The notes under the pieces are model-generated. The model had not been told where the DNA came from, searched no databases, and saw only the letters and a program-made list of their open reading frames with translations. From Antedon mediterranea (taxonomy: Eukaryota > Animalia > Echinodermata), in contig NC_092680.1 of the NCBI RefSeq assembly GCF_964355755.1, positions 6,076,001 through 6,140,000 on the forward strand: DNA of 64,000 nucleotides, read 5' to 3'. The position numbers and the translations under genes are program-made. Every line of letters begins with the position of its first letter. Position 1 is the stretch's first letter. This document shows, piece by piece, positions 12,319 to 26,600 of this stretch.

Positions 12319-15035
12319 CCAAAGTTAGCGGTAGTTTATGCCCATGATTTCAACTAAAGAGCTCTATTGTATCAATATTTAAATACATAATGTGTGACTG
12401 TTGTTATTTATTAAATCTCTATGCTTTATAAATCCACTTCACTTTATCTTAAGATCATAATCACGATTTCCACAAACCACAGGAATCTATTACTGTATTA
12501 AATTTAAATCGTCGTAAAACCTATTAGTACCGGCATTTATACACACGGAGACTTTGATTTAGAAGATAATCACACACCATAAATATACCGATAACTATAA
12601 GTATTTGCTATAATTAACCAGTAAATAAAATCAGTAAATATAGGCCTAAAGTATTTACAATTAAATGTAGGCCTACACATATTTTACGGACTGGACAAAA
12701 ACATACCAACCAAACACGATAAAAGTATAAGTCAAAATAAATAAAGGAATATGATTTCGTTTACAATATTGTAAAATAAACAGTATTCATGTGTTCAAAA
12801 ATACAAATACGGAAAAGCATACACTAATATAAGATATAGGATTAATGATGGATCGATTATTATAAAATAATACTAATAGTAATAAAAAAAAGAATATATT
12901 ATATTATTAAGGTCAAATAATTATATACGTTTTAGTTTGATTTTAAAAATATCTTTCAATCAATTTTGACTACGATATTAAAACGAAATAATTCAAAATA
13001 CACCATATGTAGGCCTATTTTCGCACACACATTTTCAGAACAAGATACATTAAATAATTTATCGACATCCAATCGAGGTTTGACGATTGCAAAAGTCAAA
13101 GGTCACGAATATGAATATCTGAATACATAAAATATTGTTTCTCATAACTGATATGGATTAATATGTCTTGCATATCTGAATATTGGTTCATATTATAGAG
13201 TATTTGTGGCCTTGGATACGTCGAGATCATTTGCATAATAACAATAACGAATGACCCCTGATATTTCCTGTGCGCATACACAACTTATCACTATCTTTTA
13301 AACGCTTCATCCTTTGTCGTTTTTTTTTATACAAAGCCATTTTATGCAGATTAAGGTGGTTTCGCTCTTTGTTATGGAATTTAACATGATACCTAATATT
13401 ATTTAATTCTGATTCTGATGAATCCTGATTGAAATAATTAACCGTATTTGTGTCATTATAAATTAATACTCATATATAAATACAGCAAATATAAAAATTA
13501 TATTATTAATTGATGATTTTTGATAAATGAGTTTGTAAATAAATTTTGGCGACAACCTCAAAGCTGACAAATTAAAACGAATGTATATTTTACCTTAATT
13601 TTAATTAATTGTTTATTAACATTGGAAATAATATTTCACAAACAAGACTTCCACAACACAGTTCCATAGAATATAGTATAAAACTGACTTCATATAATGA
13701 GAGGCAAGCCATTATTCATTCAACGCTTATTTGATCATCATCAGTTCCATATTATGTGTATAGGGTGAAGTATAACAACATGTTGTGTTTGTCATGGTTT
13801 TTTTAAAGAACTTATTTGATATTAATACCAAAATTTACCAAAGACTCCCAGACACACACATGTATTGCAACAGTTATCATTATAAATATTCCACCCACCA
13901 ATATTAATATGAGCTCAGAAATTGTTGCCTTCGTTATTAGATCATTTTGAACATATAGCAGTTTGTCGAAACAGACTTCGTTATGATATCATTTGTTGTT
14001 TTTACTGAGCAGTATTATTATTTTTGAGATCATTGTTCATATGGATATAGGCATGTTTCTAAATAATAGTAGGAATGAATAAATTTCAATCTTTAATTTA
14101 TAAAAATAACCGCACCGAAATGAGACTGTATATCTTTCACCACCACCTTTATTCATTCAATGTTTCATTACATAATTTCTACACTTCTTCTACCTTTTTT
14201 CATTATTTTCTGTTTTTCCTCATTGATATCATAATTTTAACCTTATTAACATACAAAGTATTTACTTCTTAACATTCTTTTTTTGTGTTAAATCCTTTAT
14301 TTACAATAACCAATTGTACATTAAATTATTTTTAAAATTAAATATTGATAAAATACTTAACTAGTAAAGAAGGACTGTATATCTTACCGGAAGCAATGCG
14401 AACTTTTCCTAATGTATATTATACCGGGGAAGAGTGAACACTCTTCCATGATTATCCTTATACAAAAATTTACCATATTTCTTAATTATTATTGTTATAT
14501 TGTAGGTGCACATATTATTAATAATACCAAAGATACATCAAATGGTGGATCGATAGTATATTTCTAGTTTAATTATGTAATGATAACATGAATTGATTGA
14601 ATTTATTGAATGGATATTCTTATCGTAAAAGTACAATGAAATACCAAATACTACGAAAGATTTTTTTTTTCCAGTTTTTTTTCTTCAATTGTTGATTATG
14701 TATATACCTTATTATAATCAGAGAAGAGTGAAATATGGATAATGGGCATCATATTTTATAATAATGATAATGTCCATCAGTGGCTCTGCACATGTCGACA
14801 AATAATTTAGGCAACTGATCGGTTGATCTTTTCTCTCGTTTTACTTGACCAACCCGAAAGAATTCCTATTTTTTAAAACCCATGAAAGTGATGATAAATG
14901 GCCAAAATACTGACTATTTTTGTCTCTTTTATAAAAAAAACGAATCCCCTGTAAAAATCATGGCTACGGACATGACATTTAAGTTCAAAGTTCAAAATGA
15001 ATGAATAAGGTAAAGCAATAAAGTAGTGTTGGTGT

Positions 15036-15293
15036 TGTACAATTTCAAAAGATAGAAAGATTCGTATTTTTAAATTTCAAACTGGTAAAATGACAAGGGT
15101 ACTGGATGAATCATTAAAGACCTTTACTGAACTGCAGCAGATGAAATAACAATTACCTGATATGGAGTTTGGTAGGAGAATGGCTGTGGAGAGAGATCTT
15201 CAAAAGTCAGATGCTTATGATAAAGCTAATATAATTTATGACCAAAGTGGTTACTTTTTACTATATTCAACGATGTTGGGAATTAAAGTTATT
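15036..15293 (+). pseudogene. PPWD1: Fragment of a PPWD1 (cyclophilin-WD40 spliceosomal protein) pseudogene, probably retrocopied
   Basis: Manual translation gives [85 protein letters not shown]. This matches the PPWD1 WD40 region ([43 protein letters not shown]). In-frame TAA at 15147-15149; no convincing splice sites at its ends. Confidence 0.88.
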
Positions 15294-17542
15294 AAAACAG
15301 ATTAATTAAACGATATATGACTACAGTAAAAACATTAATTGAAAATACTGAACACCTCTTAGCTCGCATATTATAGTACATTTTATTCTCTATACTATTA
15401 GTATTAATAGTAAAAGATTATTTATCCTCATCAAATCTTATTCAAAAAAATAAGTAGGCCTAATTCTGTATTTGATGACGTATTTAGACATTGTATAGTT
15501 TTGTATTTACAAAATTGTCATGACGATTAATAGCTATAATTGATAAAGTGATTTTTTTTTGTTAGATTACAAAATAGAATAAGACCCGTTTTATTTGTAT
15601 ATTTTAGTGAATAGAAAATTAGAAATGCAGCACCGAGTTTAAATTGTTAATTTTCAGAACCAATGAGGAAAAAAGTCGCCAAATGAATAGTAATTTAGGC
15701 TAGGGGGCCTAACCTAAATTTATAAAACATCAAACTATAGTTCGACCTATTTTTGTCTACTTATTTTTCTACATTTTTTTATTCACATTTACATCTAACA
15801 GCCAAAGGCCGATAACAGGATATCTTAAAATATACAATATTTAAATATATGTAGATTAAAAAAAAAACAGCAAGAAGACAACAAACAGCAAAAAGGACAC
15901 AAGAAAACAGGGAAAAGGGCAAAAATTGGTTACAAAAAAAGGTTAAAATTAAAGGTAAACGAATGCTCGGTATTTCGGCAACAAGCAAATGACAACTGAT
16001 GGTTAACCATTTAGATTTACATTGCCCATAGAGGTAACTCTCTTTAATTTAAAAAAAAGGTTATGTAAAGTCTATTGTTGGGTAAATGTTGTAGTCAGGA
16101 GACAAGAAACTGCAGGTTCTGTTTATTGTCATTAGACATAATACGGTACCGTTACAGTAAGAGACTAACTATAATAATAGCAAATATACGCACATTTATG
16201 ATAATTATCAATATCAATTATCGTTTACCTGCACAGTATAATCACAATGGCAAACAGAGCAGTAATTAACATATAGATATCAATTAAGCCAATAAAACGA
16301 AAGATACGAATCTTACGTCTAAGGCCGAAAAATGCACACGACATGTATATTGAAATTGACTTCTTGCGAGGCGGAGAATAGTCTGGCGCACTAATATACG
16401 AACAAAATAGAAGTTGTAAATAATTTATTAGCGGTCAAAATTAATCGGAGATATTAAACAAATAATGTTAAACATTTACAATTTTTATTTTCATCATCTT
16501 AAAACAATAGAAAAATTATTTCACAGGAGGTTTAGGCTAGGCCTGGAGTTTTTTCTGCCTGTGAAATCATCATACAGTATTAGTTGGACCTTTATATTTT
16601 GTATATGAAATTACATACATCATTATGAAACTTTAGTATACACTTAAAGAAAAAGTTACTGATTATCATAACCATAATTTACCAGATTCCCTTATCATGA
16701 ATAATTATTTAATGTGTAAAAAATAGATGAATAATCTTTTGCAATAAACTTATACTCATTTATTGTTATGCCAATCTGATCGTCTAATTATATTTATTTC
16801 ATACACATCCAACATCGAGAAACTCGCCAATTTACAGGACAAATTCAGATAATTGTTGCTTTAAGTCTCTTTTTAATGTTTGGAGTAGAAAGGAGGCCAA
16901 GATTGAACCCTGGACCTTGGGATAGGAAGGATACATCTCTTAACAAATATGTTTGACAAATTTACAGAATATATACGGTAACTATGAATGAAATATAACT
17001 TTGTTTTAATCTGTATTAATTAACAGAGGCCTCTGTAGAAAACGGTATAATTCCATATTGTCTATTAGTGACGAGGTTGTGTAAACATTTTGGTGTTTTT
17101 TTGTCATCAAATATTTCTATGATTGTTAAAGTGCATAGAAATTAATATTTAAACACTCGTAGACAAATACCTAAATACTGACGAGTTACAAATATGGATT
17201 GTTATTATTGTAGAATACGAGGCTTAATAATTTTGCCATTAGGCTACAGCAAAAAAAAAAGAAAACAAATTAATGAAACAAATAAGTGAACACACAACAA
17301 CAATTACGTTTTTATTTTATATATAAAAATAATAATGTCAAACGGAAACAGCATATGGGATCGATGATATTATAAATTAAACAAAATATTATTGTATTAT
17401 TATCATAATTATGCACAACAATAATTATGCAGATGAGGCTATGTAAATTAGCGTTATTATTATTTATTTTTATATTCAGTCATGAATTTGCTGGTATTTT
17501 TATCCAACTAATAATTTAATGATGAGTTAGATGATGATGATC

Positions 17543-17832
17543 GTGAAATGGCCGAGCAGTGAATACAGTGGAACCATAATACATATCTATAATATTAATT
17601 CGAGGCTCGCTCGCTTCATGGTTCTTGTTAGAACGAATCTTCTTGGATAAGGACCATAAACCGTACACAAAGTGCTCGTGTGCAATAATTTAAAGAACCT
17701 TTAGTATATCTATCAAGAGGAGTAGAAGGTTACCCCGGTGTAGACCTGGTTTGCACACAACCATGTTTTAAGTGCCTATGACTGGGCCTTCTGAGAGAAC
17801 AGTCCTTGAATGAAGAAGTCCCGAGTATAAAG
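17543..17832 (+). mobile_element. tRNA-derived SINE with a Nin-like core
   Basis: A-box-like tggccgagcagt and B-box-like ttcgag, then ggataaggaccataaaccgt and taaagaacc...aagaggagtagaaggttaccccggtgt core motifs typical of marine invertebrate SINEs. Confidence 0.6.
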
Positions 17833-20780
17833 AAGGATGGTGACGATGATGACATCATCCAAGACAAACAACAATAGTTTTTATTGTTAAATAATTAATA
17901 CAATTTACATATACCAAAATAACAGCTTACATTTGTGTATATATTTCTCAAATGTTTAGGCTATACCGTATTTTAAGTGATTGCAATGAGCTGCCAACAA
18001 CGTATTCATTTGTTTTCTTGTATGTTTTATGCAAGACCAATAAAGTTTCTATTTTGTATTGTATGAAGTTAACAAATTGGAAAATGTATAGTTTAAAATA
18101 TCTAAAACGAGTTATATGGCTATTCGTATCGTTGGTATATTTCACCACATTGTTCATCATCGTATGCATGGATAAGCCATTCTTAAAATTGGCGGTTAAT
18201 TCACTTGAAATGAAATATTGAGCGTTATGCTCTTGCCTTCATATTATGACGCCATATTATTTTATTGTCGCAGATAAAGAAATAAATCCTGAACTATAAA
18301 GGTGGTTAATTCATTCTAACCACCGTTAATGCATATTAGGCCTATATTAAATATTTGTTATAAAGAATACAATATTGACTGAAACATAGGTAGCCTATAA
18401 TTAATACCAATATAATTGGTTATATAATAGATACAATTAACAGGCTCGAAGATGAAAGCATTAACAGGGTTTGCGAATTAATAGAAAAATGCTCACTTTT
18501 TTTGTCGAAAATGTCCGATTAACCTATATACATTAAACCACGTGTTAGGCTAATTGAAAGTGTGTTCCCCTCTTCCATTTTGTTAACTTATCCTCTTCCG
18601 CAAACTGTCACGAATTGTAAATTAATATAATGAAGGCTGTGGATTTAGTTGCCTCTTATTCCCGCCAAGACTGACTTGTTGTAGGTATCATTGTCTGTCC
18701 GCTATCTGACCAATACTAGACTTTTAGCACGTGTCACAGTGGAGTGTCTGGGTAGGAGGTACAAAATGACCTTCAGCAAGGGTAGAACCACAAAAGACCT
18801 TCTTTAGTACCAAAGCAGCTGTTGTAGGTCATGCTTTAGAGAAACAGTTTAACTTTAAACTCTGGTACGTTTTAAGTTTTAAGTGGGCCTATAGGCCTAT
18901 AAGAAATAATTTAAGAAATGTCTTCCCCAAAAAGAAGAAGAAAAAAAAACAACTTTTAAACAATTTTGTAGTTTTCATGAAGTTATTCACTTATGAAGAC
19001 AAATTTCACAAATAAACTGAGTTTAAACAAATTTTATCTGACAATGAAATTCCGGTTGACGATCTTTTCATTAAAAAATAAAGTTTTGTCAGGTGGCGTA
19101 TATCTTTTTTTTTCCATCTACTATTTGATAAAAGTGAATAACTATGTGAAATAAAAATGGCATGAGTCGACAATATAAACAAAAATCAGTTTAATCTTGT
19201 ACTATACTATGAATTCGTAACCGATTAAGTTTAGTTAGGCTTAATACAGTGATAGGCCTAACAGTATTTATTTTATTGATAATTAGGCATGTTCACTGAA
19301 CTTAAATACATAAATGAACCAATACTACAGACAACCACCCCATGGAGTAACAACTGAATCACTCAAGCAAAATATTTGGACAAAATAATTTTATTCCAAA
19401 TAAATATCTTGGCTAAAAAAACAATGATATTCATACAATCATGTTAATGTTATTTTTCTCATAAAATATTTCATTTTCTTTGAAATCAACGCCTACTAAT
19501 ACTACCTGCTTCAACATTCCTAAACGTAATACTGTAGATGCAAAATAGAGAAAATTACTTGTCTTCGAATTCAACTTCAAAATGGAAACGGTAATTTTTC
19601 TCTTCTTGATAAGTTCACGACCGTACGACGTTTGCATGTTGAATCTCATGTTTGAATTAATTATTGCACGTCGTGAACTAAATGTCAGATAAGTATTTCT
19701 TCTCTATTCACTATTTATCATCGGATTTAGACTCTATCCTCAGATTATCTCATATTTCAAATTAATCTCGAGGGAATGAAATGGGAACTAGAATATGAAA
19801 ACATTACGATTAAAATTATATTGTATATAGCGATAGTTTTAACGCTATATAATCATCGTTGTTGTCTTAAGTAATGTGGATTGTCGATTTGCGCTGGTTA
19901 TAAGGTACGGTACCGTAAATAGGATATGTGCATTCCGTAATATTAGGCCTATGATTCATATGACAAAGTTAAGACCGTAGCAGGGGGCTGCTTTCCACAA
20001 AGGGGACAAATCGTCATAAGTGTAATGTATAGTTACCGTATATAACTTTCTCAATAAAGCCTCAATAATTATATTACAACATAAGCTAAGCTAGTTAAGC
20101 ATGTTTTTCATCCTTTTAGGCCTACTGTTGCTGGCACTTCAGGAAAAAGGATCGTTCAAATTTCGCCTACGCCTATACTTACCTTAGCGTTGAGACACCT
20201 GCCTCTAAAAAATATATAAAATTGAAAATTGAGAGTGATCAAAGTATATTGACCGAAATGTAGGGGAACTCAACCGTTCTTTTCAGAACTACAGTATATA
20301 CCGCAAACTGTAGGCCTATATCAATATCGTACTTAAATAGTATATCTTTGGGTTTAAAGATGCTCGGTATCTTTTCGTGTGTGTATTTTTCCTCAACATA
20401 ATAATAGTATCCCTTACAATAATAGACATTGATTGTAACTGTAGTAAACATATAAACAAAGAGTTAAACACAAGTTAATTTAGGTACCGGTATAACCTAT
20501 AACTTCAGATAACAAACTGTTCAGCAAACCAATTCCACCCCAAACCATTAGTTTACTCATAGCTCCCAATTACCCCTCATATTAATCAGGAGAGGGAGGG
20601 GAAGGGAGAGAGACAGTCCATCTTCTAAATTTCAAATTTCTGTTAAAAATGTTATTGTTAAATTACAATACAATGCTTGATCAAAGTTTGTATTTGACCT
20701 TAGTTCATTGAAGCGAATATTTATCTGAAAATTATTTGTTCGATACCGGTATAAATAAATTACCTATTATTTTTTTCTGT

Positions 20781-21090
20781 AAGGCGTGGTTTCCACTACA
20801 GATGCAACGCAAGGACGTAGACGCAACGCATGCAAGTTGACCATAAAGTTTGGTTCCCACTAGAACGTAACGCAAGGACGTTATACGCAACGCAAGCGTT
20901 TTAACCAATGAAAAGCGAAGTTATAGACAGTTAGCAATCACAAGCGAATAAGCCATCGCTTGTGATTGGTCAATTCACTTGCGTTGCGTTACGTCCTTGC
21001 GTTGCGTCGCTAGTGGGAACCACGCTTAAGAAACGAAGCTTGAATAAACGCTTACGTTCTTGCGTTGCGTCGTAGTGGGAACCAAGCATT
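20781..21090. mobile_element. PIF/Harbinger-like MITE with a same-family copy nested inside (inner ~20847-21027)
   Basis: TIRs gcgtggtt(t/c)ccacta / tagtgggaaccacgc. The inner copy is flanked by TAA/TAA. Same family as 40415-40565. Confidence 0.75.
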
Positions 21091-22595
21091 AGTAACAACA
21101 GATAGGCCTATGAAAAAAAGGGTTTGCATGAACCGTTTCACGATTGAAATTAAATTTGTCTGATATTTTCGTTGTGTGTAATCTCGGTCTATGTAGGTTT
21201 AAACACAACGAGTCACCTGTACCATCAAGCGGAACTAATCCAATGGAACTTAGTTTTCACTCAAAAGGTTACAAAAAATGACCCGAAACTAAATATAAAA
21301 TGCATTCAAGAATCACATGTATTGTTACGCCGATTCAAGGACGCTTCGCTGTGATGATTTTATTATTATATGCGCACAATTCACTGTTTTCTAGGCTTAG
21401 AATTGATACTCCTCCAGGGCTAGATATTGTAACAGTCAAGGCCAGTACGTTGACTTCCTGTTCTGTGCTACATTCGTCACTAATGAGTTATTAAAAATGC
21501 CTCCATTTATTGGAAACAGGTACTGTTACTATTGATAGATAGAAAGTAAATATTGTACAAGTGTGAGCTGTCTGCAAATAGGTTTAAATGCTTCTGTAAA
21601 ACGTAAACGTGGTACCGGACGCGTTCGCGTGTCGGCAAAACAAACTGTAGGCTTATGCATGCTTACTGCATACCGTACATTGTCTATCGTTCAATCAATC
21701 ATATCAATATGTTTTAGTACGGTAGTAGGCCTACAGTAAAGTTAGTACATAAAATAGCATTTATCTACTGTGCGAGATCCACGACGTGCATGCAAGTTGA
21801 ACATGCGCATCTAATAGCGTAACCCGTCTACTTAGATAAATCTTTATGGATATTTCATCAATAAGTTAAGGACAAACTAAAATGGTATTGCACAGTCAAA
21901 GTACGAGGCCATCTAAAATGGAATAACATGGTACTATACTAATCCCATAGATATATCAGTTGGTACCGAAGAACCCAATTGTATTGTACTTATGACGAAT
22001 CTGCAATGTTGAAACTATGTACTGTACATTGAGATAATTATCTGTAAACATTGTTGTTGCGGTATTTGTTAAATAATAAAACGACGGATTGATTACCATC
22101 TGATTGTCTCAGAGGTATCTCATTCCTACTGTGTTATTAAGTCAATAATGAAAATAAATAAAACCATAGTGTGCAGTGAAACTGGGTCATAATTCAACGT
22201 TATGTAATGCTGCATAAAATAATACTGTACCACCACCGTACTATGTTATCTAGATAGCGATATAGTAAGAATACGGTATGCAAAACAAGATTCGTTACTT
22301 GTGTAAATTTCGTGACTAAATACCGTACTGTAGGACTACCAGTATTATACATTACATTTGGGTTAGGCATACAGGCACGGTTACCATTTACCCAGGGTAC
22401 TGTTGGTCGTCCTTCAACACCAGGACCATGACTGTACATTTCCTTCTGTCATGGATAATATCAAGGCCTAGGCCACCGTATGAAGGGTAGATGTACTTGG
22501 ATAGCCGGTACTGTTGTAGGCTTAACCAAGACCAAAATCCTAAGCCAGAGGTTTTACTGCTGTTATGCGTTGATGATTGCACACAGGGGTGACGA

Positions 22596-22680
22596 GACAC
22601 CGTATTTATCTTTGGTAACCTAGCTTTATGATGAATAGTGACACTCATACAGCTAGATAACCAAAGAGAAACGCAGCATC
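22596..22680 (-). ncRNA. mir-9: microRNA precursor mir-9 (5p arm = miR-9; 3p arm = miR-79/miR-9-3p)
   Basis: Minus strand 22667-22645 reads UCUUUGGUUAUCUAGCUGUAUGA, the exact canonical miR-9-5p. Minus strand 22629-22608 reads AUAAAGCUAGGUUACCAAAGAU (miR-79 type). The arms pair around a ~13-nt loop with a basal stem gatgctgcgtttc/taaatacggtgtc. Confidence 0.97.
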
Positions 22681-23461
22681 ATAGCAAATACAATCAGACC
22701 TTTAAACATTCTACCGGGTGCCATACGCTACATTGGTCAGATTCACCCTCAATTGATCAACTCGTATTCGTACGTTTTCCGGTGAATGTGCTATGTTGAA
22801 CCTTATATTGCTTGTCTATAGACGTCATCATGTACAACATTGTCTGTTTATCTCGTTCATTGGTTGTATTCCGCCGACCTATCTTCACTTAATATCAGTT
22901 TCGATATTAGAAACCTTTCAATATTGTACTTCGAAATTCTTTTCCCATTGTAAGTCAAATTATGATGAGCAGCTACCGTAACTGTCGACCTATCTTTAAA
23001 CTAGTCAAATTGATAGAAAGCTTTAAATGCTATAACAATCTCGTGTAACCCTGAATTTAACATTTCTGATACGTTCGTGTTAAAATTATATGAATAGTAA
23101 TTAGTTTGACATTGTAGCTTAACGGTCAACTAAGGCCTACTTTGCGAGTAAAAAAACAATGACCAAAGCAGTAATTTGTTACCTTGACCGCGTGTGATGA
23201 GCATTCAACTAGATAAAATTTAGAAATAGGAAGTGCCGAGGTTTTTCCTTGACATACAGCCTGTTCTATTTTCGTACTACACAATCGCACCCATTAACCG
23301 TTTAGAACTTGTTTGCATAGCTAGCTTTGCAAGCTAACCCAGGCTTCAATAAAATACAAGAATGTCCAGTTAGTTAATCCGGATTTAAAATTCGTATTCT
23401 TTATCAAGCTGCAACACTGACCTCACTGAAGCAGCACGCTGGTGGCGTTAAGAAATATTTC

Positions 23462-23686
23462 TCTAAAGTCATTGAAACTAAAGAAATTCTTCCAGTGATG
23501 CCAGTGAAAAAATAATTGTGCCTATTATTAACGCGCGGTCGCATTCTCTATGCTCGGAGACGCACATTTTTTCCTAAGTCATCGAAACTATCGACATTCT
23601 TTACCGTATTCACGAACACCATCGGTGTCGGTAAAAAATGATTGTGCCTATTATTAATGCGCGGCCGCATTCTCTATGCTCGGAGA
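23462..23686. repeat. Imperfect direct duplication (~100-115 bp x2) upstream of mir-9
   Basis: ctaagtcatYgaaacta...attgtgcctattattaaYgcgcggYcgcattctctatgctcggag occurs twice. Confidence 0.8.
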
Positions 23687-26600
23687 GGACAATTTGGAGC
23701 CCCGGAGTCGCCCCTTTAAGTACGTGAAAACATTGCATTGCCAATCTGATGATACACTTTCCTCATTTAATTTTATCCCTGGGATCTTATATTCATTAAA
23801 ATATGAACTACAGATGAAATCTGGTTTTAACAGTGTTTTACAGTAATAATACTAACGCTATAGATATGAATCGTCATTACGGATAGAAATGTATTGTGAA
23901 AATAAATGAGTTTGGCCTAAAACATAAATGATAACAGTAAAGAAGGCCTGATAACACCTTAAAAATGGTATTCGGAATGATATACTACCCCCAATGACGT
24001 CACTGATTACACATTTCCTGAAATGTGAAACACCTACATTGATATCGGCACTAAATTAAGTACGTTATTTGGAACATTACCTATCGTGTGAAAAAGGGGA
24101 AAACATTTCTCTACCACTAACAATGATCAGCATCTACCATGAACATTCGATTTACCCAAACTTGAAAAGGTCTAATATTGTGCACACTGATCTAACACAA
24201 TCCAATAAATTGTGAAAGGACCAACATTGATATATCTTCACCACGCAACGTGTTAAAGGGAAAAGTTGATTCTACTAGGAATCGTGAAATATGTGAAATT
24301 GATCTACCAACACCCGACGATACGAAAATATATATATATCTACCATATGGAGAAATTAAACATAAATTAATAACAGTTAGTGAAAGGCAAGAGAACACAC
24401 GTAGAATTCGTTTTTGATTATCTCTGGTGGCAGCCTACATAAATTCACCTTCCTTAGTTACCAATGATTGGGTTTATAAATCGATATGGTTGTATCTGTA
24501 TGATTAATGAATGAATCAGGATTGTAGAAAATACGACTTTTAAGAATGTCAATAAACTTTTTAAAAAAAGTGTTGGCATTTCACCAACATCTGTCTTATT
24601 CCTAGCTATTTATATACTGTCGTCCCAATTCATATTTTTTTGCAAAGAAGTTCCGTAGTGGAAACGAAACAGACGCGTTTACGTAAAATATATGACACAA
24701 AAACATCCATTGAGTTAAATACTGAACGCGTTTTCTCTCCATGAATTAACGCGTTAAATTGTTGCATTTACAATCCTAGTACACAATAAAAATAGAAACA
24801 TAACATCCGGTTCGTTGCCGTAAAAACGGATGTTATTATGTAATGCGTTTATTTTGACTAATTAAATCAATTAGTCTGCTTAGCTGGGCGTAAAATGTAT
24901 AAATAAAGCAGTCTCATGAAGGTTAACAGACATAAGACGTACATATAGGATTAATAATTTATTGATAGAGTAACGTGGAGAGACCTCCGTAATACAATAT
25001 GATTTATTACTTCAATAAAGATAAAGCAGTGGATAAAAAAAAGGGTTTAATATTTGCTATGCAATGCCCATCCTTCGAAAGCATAGAATTCTCGGGTGCG
25101 ACTCAAACCCACGGTCTCCCGATCACTACACCCGCGTTCATACGTACTTCTAGACTATCGAGCTTGCATTCGGTGATGGCTAGGGTTACCGGTAGATGAG
25201 TTCATGGGTGTTGTAAAATGATGTGCATTCATTTGGGGTAATGAATACACTATTTATGTTCAAAAGCGTAAATAAACGTATGTATTTAATCTTATAACCA
25301 TTATTGCGACTGTGGTTCAACTAAACAATTCAACACGAACGAATAATCAAGCAAGTCAAGTAATAATTTGGAACGAATTCGAAAATGTGTCATGAGAAGA
25401 GAAGTAAAAATATTTCGAAAATAGCTCAGGAGGAGGAAGAAATATTTTGTATATGTACGTACGTATGACGTATGGCAAACTATTTAACATAATATTATAA
25501 ACCGAAATCTTTAACCGACATTAAAATGATCAAAACAATTTCTATGAATATCCAAACTACACTAAATGTAAAGCACGATAAACTATGACGTCATCAATGT
25601 GAATATTTATTAAGAACCTATAGGTAAAATCAATTTAATCTCAGAGATACATTAAACTAGATAAGAATATACCTACGGTAATAATTGGGATAATGTATAA
25701 TTTTACTTTCCAATAGACGTTACCGGAAATTACAAAAACACAACTTTGGTCTAGACAAAAAATGATTTTTTTAAAATATTTATTATATAAATTTGACGAG
25801 AAATTGGGATATTGCTTTTAACAAACACACTTTTATGCAAAATTTCTCAATAAGGTTGATATCGTTAAATTTATACCCCAGTGAATTAGGCCTACAGAGT
25901 AAAGATAATAAAAAATGGTTCGAAGACAACAATTTCAATGCTAAGTTTTCAAACTTTTTGAATTTTGAATGGAAGAACGTTTAAGATGAGAAGCTGCTCT
26001 CCATGTACATTATTCGGCTCTGAAACTAAAAGCATTTTCTGTTAAAATGTCAAATAATACCAGAGTTTGTATAGCTCTATTTTGACCAGATTTGAAACAA
26101 AAATAGGACTTTTTATTATGGTGAACAGTTCATAACAGTTTCCCATTGACGAACCTCTTTTAATGACGGTCTGTACGTTTCGTTTATTCAACGAAAAAAT
26201 GTAATGTCACATTTTTAAAATCGTTAATGTCTTATTATTCGGACGGAGAGATGGATTTGTTCCAATGTTTGCAGATAAAAAAAATTGTACACTTCGAAAA
26301 GGAAAACATAATAAATAAATATAAATAAATATTGTTGCTCTATTTGTATTAACAGGACTAGCAACAGTAGATTTTTTGTTTCATCATTCGTTGTTTTCGG
26401 TTTGTTCTTAGATGTAAAACATTCATCTCGCCGGCCAAATGCTATGGAAACGATATTTGTGTCTACAAAATTAAATAATGTTATATAAGTTTAGGAAACT
26501 CACCAATGGGCTTTGCTGTCAAATTCAAATAGGCGCGAACCGCGACGTTATTGCCTGGAATCTATTAGGCCTAGTAGTAGAGTAATAATAGGAAAACCAC

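Noticed and set aside
22200-22648. Two minus-strand ORFs (79 and 86 aa) near mir-9
   Set aside because: They overlap the miRNA hairpin and its flank, with no protein similarity. I also found no second known miRNA in 22300-22560.
25085-25150. tRNA-like boxes on the minus strand (also ~860, ~16890, ~37530)
   Set aside because: Only B-box-like fragments are present and no cloverleaf can be built. They are probably decayed SINE heads.
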